Shown here in pieces: positions 38,272-50,866 of a DNA stretch of 64,000 bases (its first letter is position 1; each line of letters begins with the position of its first letter). The notes beneath the pieces are model-generated. The model did not search any database. It was not told the DNA's origin and saw nothing but the letters and a program-made list of their open reading frames with translations. The position numbers and the translations under genes are program-made. The stretch is from positions 315,719 through 379,718 of the forward strand of contig QPGO01000040.1 of NCBI GenBank assembly GCA_008632985.1, written 5' to 3'. This stretch comes from Psammoneis japonica (lineage: Eukaryota).

Positions 38272-40604
38272 TTAAAAAAGATCTGGCCAAATGGCCCTTC
38301 TGTCTTGCACCACCCAAATGTGTCTCATTTTTTCTTGTGTTTCCACTGCTCCTGGTTCTTCTTCATGCACCATTGCATTGTCTCTCATGGCCTCTGTGGG
38401 GACCACATGCAGATGAGGTGAGAAGACTGTTTTCTTGGGAGATGAAAGCCAGTGGTTTCTCTTTTGATCTAACAGCCAGCGACTGACCAGGTTTGTGTGC
38501 TGCAAACGTTGCCTCATGCTCCTCACGTCGGATTGATGAGTGCATGGATGGACCACGGCAAAAAGTGATCCTGCATCCTCTTGTTCAAAAAAACACAGCA
38601 AATGGGAGGGAAATTGTTGTTCACCTTGTCGGGTGCCAAAGGCAATGCAGGCAAAGTCGCACCATGGTCCTTCGCTGTTGCAGTCTGGGTGTGCATGGCA
38701 CACATCCTTTCCATTCTTGTTGCAAAACTCTGTCCTGCACAAGAGTGACAAATCATCATCACCTTGACCCACACATTCCTCCCATTTCTCTGACATGAAA
38801 TTGAGCAACACAGGATGAACCTGGCATTGACTCTGTGCACCATTCCATTCCCATCTCACAGCACCTGTCACTTGGCTGCAAGTGAGAGCAAACGTGCTTC
38901 CTCCCAGCTTGTGGTTTTCCACAACATTGGAGTCCTTTTCCATTTGTTTTGTTTTAGGCAAGATCCAGCCATTGGCAGAGATGGCAAGGTTCAGCTGCAT
39001 TTGATCCTTCATCCATGACACTGCCTGCTTTAAGAAGGTGTCTGGGCTCCGTTGTTGAGCGGTTGACAAGGGAAGCTTGAAAAAATCCTTCAGGAGGCAT
39101 TCAACCAACCCTGCATCAAAATTCATTGCGCGGTGACTGTGGTGAAGAAACACACAAAGATGGAGTGTTTCATTTGGCTTCTGAAGCTTCCACCCACAAC
39201 CATTGCTTCTTGGAACAAAATGAACCATCCTGGCAATGAGAAGGCAAATTTTCTTGTTTGTCTTTTGCATCAACCGTCTTGGAGTTTTGCGAGTGATGGG
39301 TGGGTTGCCATGTCTGTGCCATGCATGAAATGCAAGAAGATCCTCCAGCAACTGCATGAACAGCTGTGCACTGCAGTTGAGTTGTTTTCCCTTGTAATTT
39401 TTTTTCTTTTGGTTTCCTTGCTCATCCTCATCATCATTCTCACCCCCAGGAAGACATCCAACAGGTTTCCAGATGCTCTTGTCAGACCATTTGTCAAAGG
39501 CTGCGTGACCGGAGGTCATGATTGCAGGTTCACCACAATGGGATCCCACCCCCGCTGTCCGACCTGTTTTGTCGACGCAAATGATGTTGCTCTCGAGAAA
39601 TTCTTTCTCTGGATCTGTGGTCCGCTCTTTGCTGGTGTGCCTGTGCCACTCTCCAGCCAAACACACTTGTCGCCCGGTCCCTTGGCCTTGCACTTTCCAA
39701 AAGGGTTGTCTGGATTGGCCATGTTCTCTCTGCTGCACCACAGGTGAGGGTCAAGTGAAAACTGCTCCCAGACTCCAACAAAATTCCACCTGGGCACTGA
39801 CACACATTGTGGCAAACCGGTTTTGCCACTGGTTGTCTCTAGCATCACAGGTGCAGACTTGCTGGGTGGCAGAGGGAAGTGCATTGTCAAGGTGCACATC
39901 AACTCTTTTCTACGTGGAAGAATTGTGCCAAGCACTGTGGTCTTGTTCCCAGTGTGCCGCTTGATGAACTCAACAATGCAGTCGTACAATTCCAGGGGGG
40001 CACCATGTGTGTCCATGAGCTTCTTGCACAACTCTGCACATGCCCCATCAAGATTGGTCAAAGAGGGAGCGGAAGCCAAGGCATCTCCTGCTGGTTCAAT
40101 GTGCCTGTCACCCAATCGATCATCAGGAATTTCATCTGGTTGCGCAGATTCCTCCATTGTCATGTCCAACAAGGCAGAGAAGGAGTGACCACTGCCAAGA
40201 TCCAAATCGTTCATGGCAACAACATCACAAATGCTGTGATCAGATGACATGGACGACAAGTCATCCACACCATGTGGTGTGTCTGGAGATGGGAACAAGG
40301 GGCTGCTGGGATGGGTGCTGTCTGCAGAGCGGGGTGCCAACCTGCTACGAGCAGATTGCTGGAGATGGAATTCTTCATTGTCAGAGGATGAACCAGAAAA
40401 ATCTCCAGTTGAAGGAGCGTTGCAACTTTCACTGGGTGGCCCGCCTGTTGAAGATGGAATGTTGCTGTCATCACGAACTGTTTGATTGGCTTGCAACTCT
40501 TGGGCAGTGGAGTGACACCCAGGTTCACACCTCCAATGCACAGCAATTCTCAAAAGGTTTTTGCCACAGCCAGGACAGAGGATCGGGTTCCCTTCCATTG
40601 ACAA
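38272..40604 (-). pseudogene. Plavaka-like transposase pseudogene (internally deleted and frameshifted)
   Basis: IICVDKTG...GEPAIMT; FHAW; PRSNGCGWKLQK..ETLH...NFDAG..E..LKDFFK.P..TAQQR; HAHPDC.SEGPWCDFA (compare YRAHPNY...GPWYD). Family assigned from remembered motifs. Confidence 0.7.
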
Positions 40605-41069
40605 TCAAACAACATTGAGACGGTTGTCATTCACTGAGAATCATCATCCTGGCATTGTTGTGGTGAGAGAAAGTGGAACAAGACACAAAAAATGGCTTGA
40701 AAATTGCAACACTGCAATCCATTTTAGATTTGAGTGATTCTTGTGGGCATGACATGTTTGCATTTTGGATTGTGTCATCTTGATCTAACAATGGACATCA
40801 ACTTTTGCGAATGCTGTCAATGGACAGAACATCATTTCCGTTCAAATGATGTGACCACAACAACAAAAACACAAGTTTTGCAATTCATTGTTGCATGCAA
40901 ACATGTTTTCAAACTTTGATGTTGCTTGCAATGATGCACTCATTGTTTGAGAGGAACAAATTCCAAGACTCAAAAAAAAAGAAATGCTGGCTGTTGCTCA
41001 ACACGACCCAAATGACAGTTGCAGATCTCCGCGGCACACAAACAACTCATTGTTGCAGTGGAAAGAGCA

Positions 41070-42335
41070 AGATGTCATCTAGAGAGCAGCCAGCAGCAAA
41101 GAAGAGGAGGACAACAGAGCCTGTGGCCATGAGCCCAAGGCTTCAGGCAGCATTGAAGCAAGCAGGTGCACAGGCAGTGCATGATGCAATGAGACATGAA
41201 GTCAAGAAGGTGGCTGCAAATGAACTCTTTGCACACAAGTTGAGTTCGCAAGTGCATCAGAAATGGCAAGCAATGGGAACATCTCACTGTTTGTCAAGAA
41301 GAACATTGCTGGTGGCAACATGGACACCACAAATTGGTCAGGAGCTTGGGAGGAATGGGCAAGGAAGGCGGCAAACAGGCAAATTGACAACAAAAGAAAC
41401 ACCGTGTGTTCGGAAATCAGCAAGGATGCAAAGGCATGTGAGTGAAGTGATGCGCGTGTGTGAGTCAAGAGGTGCGTGCATCTCAAAAGAAGAGGATGGT
41501 GGCTCTTTATCTTTGCAGGCATTGTCACCCAAGAAGAGGGAAAGGAAAAAGAAAAGAGGCTCAAGACAGCAGCCACAAGGAGGAGGGGTGCCAGAGGAAG
41601 GAAGAAAAGTGCGAGTCAAGACGAAGAAATCCCGCATGTGCTGACTTGGGATGGATTTAGCCTGTTGAAAACAACCGGCAAAAACAGAAGAACAAGCAGG
41701 CATGCAAGTGGTTCTATGATCACATCCTCTGTCACACCAAGAGCAAGAAGGCATGGAGCAGCATCATCAAAACAGGAGAGGTCAAGGCGACTGAGCTGGC
41801 TGCAATTGCTGACGAAGCTGTGGCACTCTTGGCGATTGAAAATTGTTGGAGTGTGCAGGCACACCAAAAGAAAAAGGAGATGGCAAAGGAAGTGGGTGAG
41901 GAAATGGACCAACAAGAAAAGGTGCCCAAGCCTCTCTGCACAAAGCCAAAGAGTCAGCACAAGTCTTGGGGAGAGAAAGGAATCGCGCACTTCAACGAGT
42001 TCTGCAAAGAGGTGATGAAAGACAGAAACTCCAAGGATGGTCAGGAGTTTGACAGGTGGCATGCAGAGCTCAAGAAGAACAAGTGTGACAAGTCAGGAGG
42101 AGAAAAGAAGAAGAAGAAGAAGAAGAAGAAGAAGAAGAAAGCCCCAAGCAAGGGTCTGGAAAGGTGGAGGCAATGAACATCCTCACATTGGACAGCAGCG
42201 ACAAGAAGAGTGGAGACAACAGGCAGGATGAAGGAAGGAAGGATGCCACGGATGCCAGAACAGAGCAGCAAGCAGAGGAACAAGCGTCGGAAGAGGAAGA
42301 CTTGTCGGAACTTGGAGATGATGGCAATGACTCTT
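41070..42335 (+). pseudogene. Degenerate accessory ORF divergent from the transposase
   Basis: ADEAVALLAIENCW...PLCTK...SWGEKGIAHFNEFCKEVMKDR...EFD. Includes a (GAA)n tract at ~42,105-42,140. Confidence 0.5.
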
Positions 42336-42725
42336 AGAAGGAAAATGCATCAATGGCTTTGTTCAACGTAAGAGCAACCAAATGTTCATGGTTGAAAACA
42401 GCAGTTGACAGAAAAACATTGGGTTGCTGCATCACAAATGCAGTGGGCAATTGTCGTGACAGTGGAAAGCATTTCTCTTTCAAACAGCATGTTTGCAAAA
42501 TTCGGTGAATGAACCCTGCCACAAAATTGTGATGTTTTGTTGGAACATGGTGATCAGGTGAATTTTTCAGCAATGTGAAACCATTGAAGGAGGAACAACT
42601 AATTTGTTGAAAAAATTGTCAATGGCCAAGTTTGTTGTGGCTGATTTTTAACAATTTGTCACAACACATTGCAAAAATGTCACTGTGTAAATCTGCACAT
42701 TGTTGCAATGTCAAGCCCTCTGATG

Positions 42726-43385
42726 TGCCTCCACCATGTCAAATGGACCACCCTTGACTCACAGCTCACAGCAACCAAACCATCCACAGCTTCTGCTTTG
42801 TTGCATTTCTCTCAAAAAGAATGCCAGTTCCAACTGGTGCCATGCATGGTGGAAACTGTTTCATTCAAAGCAGTTGCATCACATCCATCAGCACCTGAGT
42901 GGCCCCTCTTGCACTTCTCATTGGGAGACTCACAATGTCCAGCAGTTTTGTTTTGTCTTCAAGTCCATCTTGTGCTCCTTTTTCTGCTTGCTTTGAACTG
43001 CTGTGATGACAAAAGCCCTGTTGCATGTTTTCCTCTGCAGCTGTGCTTCTTCCACAGCCATTTCTGCCTGTTTCTCACATTTCTGTTTTTCTTGTTCAGT
43101 GGCTGGCACCTGGCACACTTCTGATTCATGGCTTCTGCACTTCTCTTTTTGATGAAGCAAGAGAGCAGAGAGTCAAATCTGCAGCTTTGTTGGAAGCTTC
43201 AAGCTGTGTGGCAATGAAACAACCAGATGTTCTCATTGCCACTCCATGCTTGTTGCCTGTCTTCACAAAGCACAACATTTGATTGTGGGGGTCACATTGT
43301 TCAGCCACCATTTGTTGAATGCTCCCCCAAGCTGGAGCTGCTGAGTTGCTTCTTTCTGCATGGTGATCCACTGTTTGACACCGCC
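42726..43385 (-). pseudogene. FG-GAP membrane-protein pseudogene, piece 3 (5' end and upstream), paralog of 47,254-47,910
   Basis: cctccaccatgtcaaatggaccacccttgactca / cctccactgcgccgaacggaccgcccttgactca; ttgggagactcacaatgtccag is identical; EKQKCEKQAEMAVEEAQLQR vs EKQKSEKQAETTMEKAQLRR. Confidence 0.9.
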
Positions 43386-45095
43386 CAATGATCCATGATG
43401 TTGTGTCCAGCGCTGGCAGTTGCAAGGAGAACTGCGATGGAAGTCTGTCTGTGCAAAACAGTTTTTGCGCACACTTTTGCACTTTTGTCCGTTCCTGTTG
43501 AGGATGTGAGCAGGAAACTCAAAACTGCGCTGAAGTGGTGATGGGGTCAGCACCTCTGGAAGAAGGTGCAACATCTCCTGCACCTGGTGAAACATCTTCT
43601 GGCAACAGCTGGAAGAAAGTCCACCACACAGGAAATGGAAAAGACCTCACATGCCAAAGTTCTAGAAGCAAAACTCCCACAACTCTTTTGTGGAAACCTG
43701 AAAGTGGTTGAAAGATCACTTGAGCATGTTGTCTGTTGCTTCTTGCATGGACTTTTGCTTTGTGGGCAGGGTTGGAAGTTGCTGGATTCACTGTTTTAAC
43801 ACCCTGCCACTTCCAGCCAGATCCAAAATGCAAACACCCAGCACAGTGGGAACCATTGGATGCTTCTTGACAGGATGGACGGACAAACCAAACTCTGCTG
43901 CTGGAGCAGCTGCCTGGCAGCAGCAGCTAGCAGCTGGAGAGCACCATCCACCAAGAGCAACAAAGTTCATTTCCTTCAAGAGGAGAATGCCCAATTGGCA
44001 TTGGGAGGTTGGCAGATGGCCATGCTGTCATTTGTTGGACCCCTGCCAAGACGAATGACCTTGCCATGAAAAGATTTCGTGTCTGTGTGTTCAAAACCCT
44101 TAAATCAGGTGAGTGAACGTTTTCGGTGGAGCCTAAAATTCTGTTGTTGAATCTATGAATCACTGGCAACAATCCAGTGTGTGCAATTTATTTTTTCAGT
44201 CCTTTGTTTCATGTCTCTCTTGTCCTCACACTGCTGTGAAATTTGTTGGGCAAAGAAGCAAAACACGACACAAAAGGGAGCAAAAGCTCTTGTTCATTGG
44301 TTGTTTTCTGTGAACGAAAACAACTGCAGGCACAAATGAAATGCATGTGTTGGGATGAATGATGACTTTGAACACGTGTAAAAGATTGCAAACTTAATTT
44401 AATCAACAGAGCGCAGAAAGCAAGTTACAAAGAGTTGGTTGCAATCGTTTTCAACGCACCTGACTGTGTTTTGTGATTGGATGTAAGAACAGAGGTTCAC
44501 CAAAGATCACTGGCTGTGGAGAAGGACAACACTTTTTCATTGACCATGAATCCGGTTGCACAAGATGACCGATTGTTGGCCCGCTTGCCAAACGATTGCT
44601 GGTAAAAATTCGAGGAGCTGATGCACATGACGGACGAAGCAAAAGAACAAATTGCAGCATCAAAACATGATGCAGCCAGCGACGAGCTTGACCGATTGTT
44701 GGTGCAATCGACAAGCTCTGAAGGGAGTGTAGATTCCAACGTGGATTGGGAGATGTGGTTCAAGGAAGGGAGGAGGGAACACATAGATGACCCGCACCTC
44801 CGCCGTGACTGCATGGACATGTTTCACATGTTGCAACTTGCAACACTCCAGTGAATGGAGTTCGAATGATGATGAGGACCTCAAGGACCCACCGCTGTAC
44901 TGTATCGTCACTCTAGCTCGCCGTTCCATTCCACTCAAACCCATGCTTCCTCTAAGAACACTGAAACGCGACAGTCCGTGTTGCTCCTGTCTTGCTTTCA
45001 GCGATCTTTCCCGACGGGCTCTTCAAACGCAACAATGGCGACACACCAATGCGTTGATTTGAATAAAAAGGCGGTGACAATAATATGATGAATTT

Positions 45096-47743
45096 CTACT
45101 CATTAAGAGCGAACACATATGCCGATCCTGAATCTCTACCATTGGTAGCACGTCTAAATGCACCAACTCCAACCATGCTTCCGTTGGCTGACAAGGAGAC
45201 CGACCGTCCAAAGCAATCCCATTCAGCCTCGCCATTCAAACGTTCGCCCTGCTGCTTCCATTCCATTGTGTTGGTGTCAAATTGGAAGATAATTACTTGA
45301 CCCACATCTTCAAATCCAGCGACATCATGCCAATTACTGCCTACCGCCAATACCTGACCATTTCCATTCAAAGACACCGAATAACCAAAGTCATCACCCC
45401 CTTGTTGTGTAACAAGGGTTTGACCATGTTGTGTCCAGGTTGACGTTGCACGGTCATAGACGTAAACCAATACCCTCTCGTTGCTTCCTCGTCCGCCTAC
45501 TGCCATGACCAAGCCACTGTCGTCAAGAGAAACAGAAAACCCAAATCTACCATTGACAACTTGTCCAGAGATTGGATCTCCCATTGAATCCCACCTCGAT
45601 GATGACGTATTGTATTCATACACCGAGACCTGGCCAGAATTGCTTCCACTCGAATCATTTCTTTCTGCTCCAACAGCAACAACATTTCCGGAGCTACTCA
45701 TAGAAACGGATGTACCAAAACGATCATCAGCCGCTTGCCTACAAGAGTTTCTCCAAGTTGGCTCCAAGATGAAGTGCCGCGGTTGTATTGAAAGATTTGG
45801 ACCGATCCACACTTTTCACCATTGCTCGTGTCGTCAAAGCGAGCTCCTACAGCAACAATGTCTCCGACACGAGAAAACGACACGTCATAACCAAAGTTAT
45901 CGCCAACTGCTTGTCCAACAATGTCACTGCCAAGTTGCTCCCAACGATTCGTAGTGGAGTTGTGTTCAAATACACGAACATACCCAGAACCGCCTCCGCC
46001 ACTATCATTATCTGCTCCAACTGCAAGTATTGTCCCGTCGCCGTTCAACGACACCGACTCGCCAAACTCGTCGCCATCAGCTTCTCCAATCAAATCTTGT
46101 CCCATGGGTTCCCACTGTTGGGTGGCTTGATGGAATCGAAACACGGAAACATAATTTCCGTCATAGGCGCCCACTGCAATGACACTTCCGTCCAGAGACA
46201 ATGAAACAGAGTCACCGAAATGGTCATAGGGAGCTTTGCCATTGGAGACCTGCCCAACTGCTTTCCATGGCACCCTGGTTTCAACCAAATTGTCAAAGAC
46301 ATATTTTCCAGCAGCCACACCAGCTGCCTTGAGCTCACTCGTATAGGCGGATCTTCTGGCGACAGTATTGAACGGGTCGGTCGCCAATCCTTCGATTGCC
46401 ACCGCACTCTCGGTAGAAGTAGCAGTGTATGTGATGGACTGGCTATAAGTGACTTGTAAAGAATCAGCACCAGCTAAAGCCCGCTCGACTCTTGTGTCTA
46501 ACACCTGCAGCGCGGTTTCCAAGACTTGTACTTCCTTAGAGTCTTGTAACTTACGCAAGTGGCCGCGTTGGCTGTTGTAAACGCCCTCCACGTACTTTTT
46601 GGTCGCCGTTACCCACAAGTCGGATTCTATATCATCAAAGGTTGCATTCACACCAACTAAGCCCATTACTAATCCTGTTGCCATCTTCGTTGTCAAAGGA
46701 GCTCGTGACGTGGGATTTTGTGGCGTACGGGGCGACGAGGGAGTTTCTGCTGTTGCGATGTTGTTCGATAGTAAGACAACTACAATTGCAACAGAAACTC
46801 CAACTACCAAAAGCACAACTCCCAAGGCAATCAAACGACAGAGTTTTCTTGCCCGTACTCCATCGACTGCATCTTTTGCAACCTCTGCTTCCGCGAGAGG
46901 CACTTGGCGAAGACAAGCGTTCTCTTCTCGTAGACGCTCATTCTCGTCCTCAACTGGCTGGGCAAGCTGCGCTTCCACAAGAATAGAGCTAGCATCGCGC
47001 TGCAACGCCGGCCCCGACTCGGATGAGTCAGACATGACTGTAGAGGTATCATCACCCCCGCCACGTCGAACGGACCTCCCACGTCCGACGGCAAAAGCAC
47101 CAACATATTCAGCGCTTTGGGAACCTTCATGTTCATTCATGACATAACTTCCGAACTGAGCTTCGTCGAGCAAAGTGCCGCCATCAAGGGCAGGTAAGGG
47201 GATGGGATATGACAGATCTGTGTCCAATTCCGAGATGCATGTAAAGGCATCGTCGCCTCCACTGCGCCGAACGGACCGCCCTTGACTCAAAGCAACCGCA
47301 CCAAGAGGCGTTGGTTCAATGTTTTGGTATAGGTTAACACTGTCCTCAGCTTCTTCTTCGTGGTGTTTTTCGCGAAAAGACTGCCAATTCCGACTGTGGC
47401 GCGTTTCTGAAACTGCTTCATCCAGAGTAGTGGTATCATGTCCATCTGCACCTGAACGGCCTTTCTTGCGGTCCTTATTGGGAGACTCACAATGTCCAGT
47501 AGATACGTGTTCATCTTCAAATCTATCGTGGGCTCCTTCCTTTTCTCGCTTTAAACTTTTGTGATGACGAGAGCGACGTTTCTCTTTGCGTTTTTCCCTC
47601 CGTAGCTGTGCTTTCTCCATGGTCGTTTCTGCCTGTTTTTCGGATTTCTGCTTTTCTCGTTCATGCATCCTTTCACCACTGCCAGTGCACTTCTGATTCA
47701 TGTCTTCTCTACTTCTTTTTCCTTGTTGAAAGCTGTACGGCAA
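45096..47743 (-). CDS. Single-pass membrane protein with extracellular FG-GAP (integrin-alpha-like beta-propeller) repeats; one 1-nt frameshift at ~45,737
   Basis: Charged N-terminus, TM segment LIALGVVLLVVGVSVAIVVVLL, then ~7 FGxSVS(L/M)...xxAVGA repeats across ORFs 45698-47743 and 45096-45812. Confidence 0.85.
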
Positions 47744-48229
47744 TGAGGCAGCCAGATGTTCTCATGTGCGTTTTGTTGCTTGTTGCCTATCTTCACGAAG
47801 CACTATTTGGTTGCGGGGTCACATTGTTGAATTGCGATTTGTCGAATACCATGCTGGGAAGCTGCCGAATTGATTGTCTCTATGCAAAGTGATCCACTAT
47901 TCGATACTACGTTTTGGCATGACTCGACGACTCGGTATGCAACACCACGCATATTTCTGTTGTTTCATCAAAGATGATCAATGTAGTAGGGCCTAACGAG
48001 TGAAGCGTCGCAAGCGTCGCAAGCGTCATGGTCGGTCCGAGTGTGGGAAGTGTGGGCGGTGGGCGTGTGTGCTCTTTTTCATGTCCGGATGGATGGACGG
48101 ACGGACAAATCTGCTTGAACGTTTTTTTTTTTATTTTGGGCGGGAAATCTCGTTTACGACCCAGATCTCATCGACACCAAAGGAAATTCGCACAACAGAG
48201 TGGCAGCGTCAATGAAGAAAACTAGCGTT

Positions 48230-50866
48230 CTAGTTTACAGGGGAAACATGATATGCAAATGCCGATCCTGCCCTGAAGCTCTCAATGTTGCTTTCCTTTG
48301 CGCCAACTCCGACCACGCTTCCGTTCGCTGATAAGGACACGGAAGATCCAAATTCATCACGCTGAGCCTCTCCGTTCAAAGGTTCACCCACCTGCTTCCA
48401 TTCCATTGTGTTGGTGTCGAATTGGAAGATTACTACTTGACCGACATCTGCCAGTCCATCGAGGTCATGCCAATAGCTTCCTACAGCCACGGCATTTCCG
48501 TTTCCACTTAATGACACCGAGCGACCAAATTTATCCCCTTGTTGTTGTGTTTCTAAAGTTTGACCACGCTGTTTCCAGGTCGACGTTGTACGGTCATAAC
48601 TGAAGATCATAACTCTCTCGCCGCTTCGTGGGGCACCCACCGCCATGATTAAACCGCTGTCGTCAAGAGAGACGGAGCGTCCAAACCAACCACCGCTGAC
48701 TTGTCCATTGATTGGGTTACCCATTGGAGCCCATAAGGATAGAGTAGAGTTGTATTCATACACTAACACCTGACCAGCATCATCTCCACCCGAATCGTTG
48801 AAAGTAGCTCCCATCCCAACAATGTTTCCCGAGCTGCTCAAGGAAACAGACATCCCTAAGCGATCATCGGCCGCTAGACCATCTAGTGTCTGTCCAAGCT
48901 GCTCCCATGACGATACGCCGTAGTTATACTTTAACAGTCGAACCGATCCGGATTTGACGCCCGTGTCGGTGTCAGCCCAGCGAGAACCAACGGCAAGAAT
49001 GTCACCCGAATCCGAGAGAGAAACAGAGAAACCAAACCTGCCCCCAGCTACTTCTCCATCTATTCTTCTGCCACGTTTCCTCCAACGTTCCGCGGTTACA
49101 TTATATTCAAAAATTTGAACATAGCCATCATCGACGTCAATGCCAGGAACTCCAACAGCTAGTATTGTGCCGTTGCCGTTCAATGACACTGAAGTACCAA
49201 ATAGACCCCGGTCACTCTTCCAACTAAATCTTTCCCCATTGGTACCCACGTCTGCTTGTCTTGATTCAATTGATACACGGAAACATAATCTCCTGCGCTT
49301 GCTCCAACTGCCATGACACTACCGTCCCGAGACAAGGAGACAGTGTTGCCAAAACAGTCACCAGAAGCATTACCACTCAAGGCTTGTCCGACTGCCTGCC
49401 AAGGACCGTCTGGAGCGTACCACCCATAGTCGGAGCTGCTGCAGCAGGCACTTCAGTCGGTTGTAACGAGGGGCTTTGTGTCGGCGCAGATGAATTAGTC
49501 AAGTTTCCTGTTGGTAGTAGCGTAGCTGGATTCATGGTGGATGGTTCCACGGTAGGAGTAGAGTTTCCTGGAGATGGTTCCACGGTAGGGGTAGAGTTTC
49601 CTGGAGATGGTTCCGCAGTAGGGGTAGAGTTTCCTGGAGACGGCTGTGTTGAATTCTGCATTGAAGTCAGAAGCAGTTCATTGGCTGCGACCAAATTGTC
49701 AAAAATAGAATTTTCCGCCGCCCTTCCAGCTTCCTTCAGTTCATTGGTGTAGGCCGATCTTCTGGCGGCTGTCTTGAACGGTTCAGCGACCAAAGTGTCA
49801 ATTGTAACTTCGCTGTTTCCGGAATTGTATATGACTGCCTGATTGTAAGTAACCACTAGAGATTCAGCACCAGCCATGTCTTGCTCAACTCTTGTACCAG
49901 TCACCTCCAGGAAGGTTTCCACGTCTTGTACCTCGAGGACTTTCTGCAAATTACGCAGATACCGGCGACGACTGCTGTAAAATTCCTCCACATAATCCTT
50001 GGTCGCAGCTACCCACAAGACAGACTCAGGAGCAGAAAAGGTGTTATTAACACCGACCAAACCCATTTCCAACCCGGTTGCCATCTTCGTAGTCACAGGT
50101 AGATTTGGGGGTACTGTGGAAGGAGGCGATGTTGGCATTTGTGTTGGACTTGGTGTCGTGCTGGTTACCTCTGTTGACTCAGGAGATAGTATAAGAACTG
50201 CAACTGCCACGATAGCTGCAACCACCAAAAGCACAGCTCCAACAGTAAGGATAAAACAACGATTTCGTTGCCACCATGTTTTGACGGAACCTCCTGGAGT
50301 CTCCACTGCAGCAATCGATGTTTCATTCTGTGCAGGATGTGTTTCAGAGAACATAGAAGAAGCATCGCCCCCCATCAACAATATGGGATCCGGCTGACGA
50401 ACATCATGCTCCAAATCAGAGCTGGTGGAAGATGTATCATCACCTGGTGGAATGCTCTGCTTGTCCGCAGCCGTCTCTTCCTCTTGTGCTCCTCGTGAAA
50501 AGAATGACGAAGTTGAACGTCGCTCGATTCGGAAGCGGAACTCTTCATATCTGCATCGTATTCATTCCATTGTGCTGCAGCCTTCTTCCAGGATTCTTTT
50601 CTTGTCGAACTACTTAGACGTCGAGAACGACGTTCCGATCTTTTCCTATCGGGAGACGATCGATATTCTGGTACTTGTTCGTCTTCAAATGCTTCTTCAG
50701 AGTCTTTTTTAAAACCATATATAGATCCATCTCTTTTAACCCAGTCTCCGACTGATTCTTTATCTTCCCTCTTTCTAACACTGGAATGACGAGAGCGACG
50801 TTTGCTCTTCTTCTTGCGTGGATGCGCATCTTGCATAATTGCTTCATCCCTGTAGTCACCTTTCAT
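48230..50866 (-). CDS. Tandem paralogous FG-GAP repeat membrane protein with a Pro/Ser/Thr stalk; about three apparent frameshifts
   Basis: Overlapping ORFs 50375-50866, 49377-50414, 49180-49380 and 48230-49249. TM segment FILTVGAVLLVVAAIVAVAVLIL, shared TTKMATGL.MGLVGVN motif, and FGxSVSL repeats. Confidence 0.8.
49540..49645 (-). repeat. Coding 33 bp tandem repeat (PSPGNSTPT[AV]E x3)
   Basis: gtagagtttcctggaga occurs three times at 33 bp spacing. Confidence 0.9.

Larger units (their letters stand above)
33624..42725. mobile_element. Full-length 9.1 kb Plavaka/CMC(CACTA)-like DNA transposon with 19 bp TIRs and a 2 bp TSD
   Basis: TIR catcagagggctcgacatt (33,624-33,642) pairs with aatgtcaagccctctgatg (42,707-42,725). 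TG flanks both ends. The host FG-GAP pseudogene resumes exactly across the insertion when compared with the intact gene at 47,250-47,260. Confidence 0.85.

Noticed and set aside
6700..44500. Hundreds of overlapping Cys/His-rich ORFs in all six frames, resembling novel metal-binding proteins
   Set aside because: Artefact of TpA loss: TAA/TAG stops and Tyr codons are erased while TGY/CAY codons are inflated.
1..44500. Alternative genetic code, classical fungal RIP, or CpG methylation alone as the explanation for Tyr loss
   Set aside because: Adjacent genes use Tyr and TAA/TAG normally. RIP would increase TpA. CpG decay cannot remove TA, and some TA-free tracts retain CpG.
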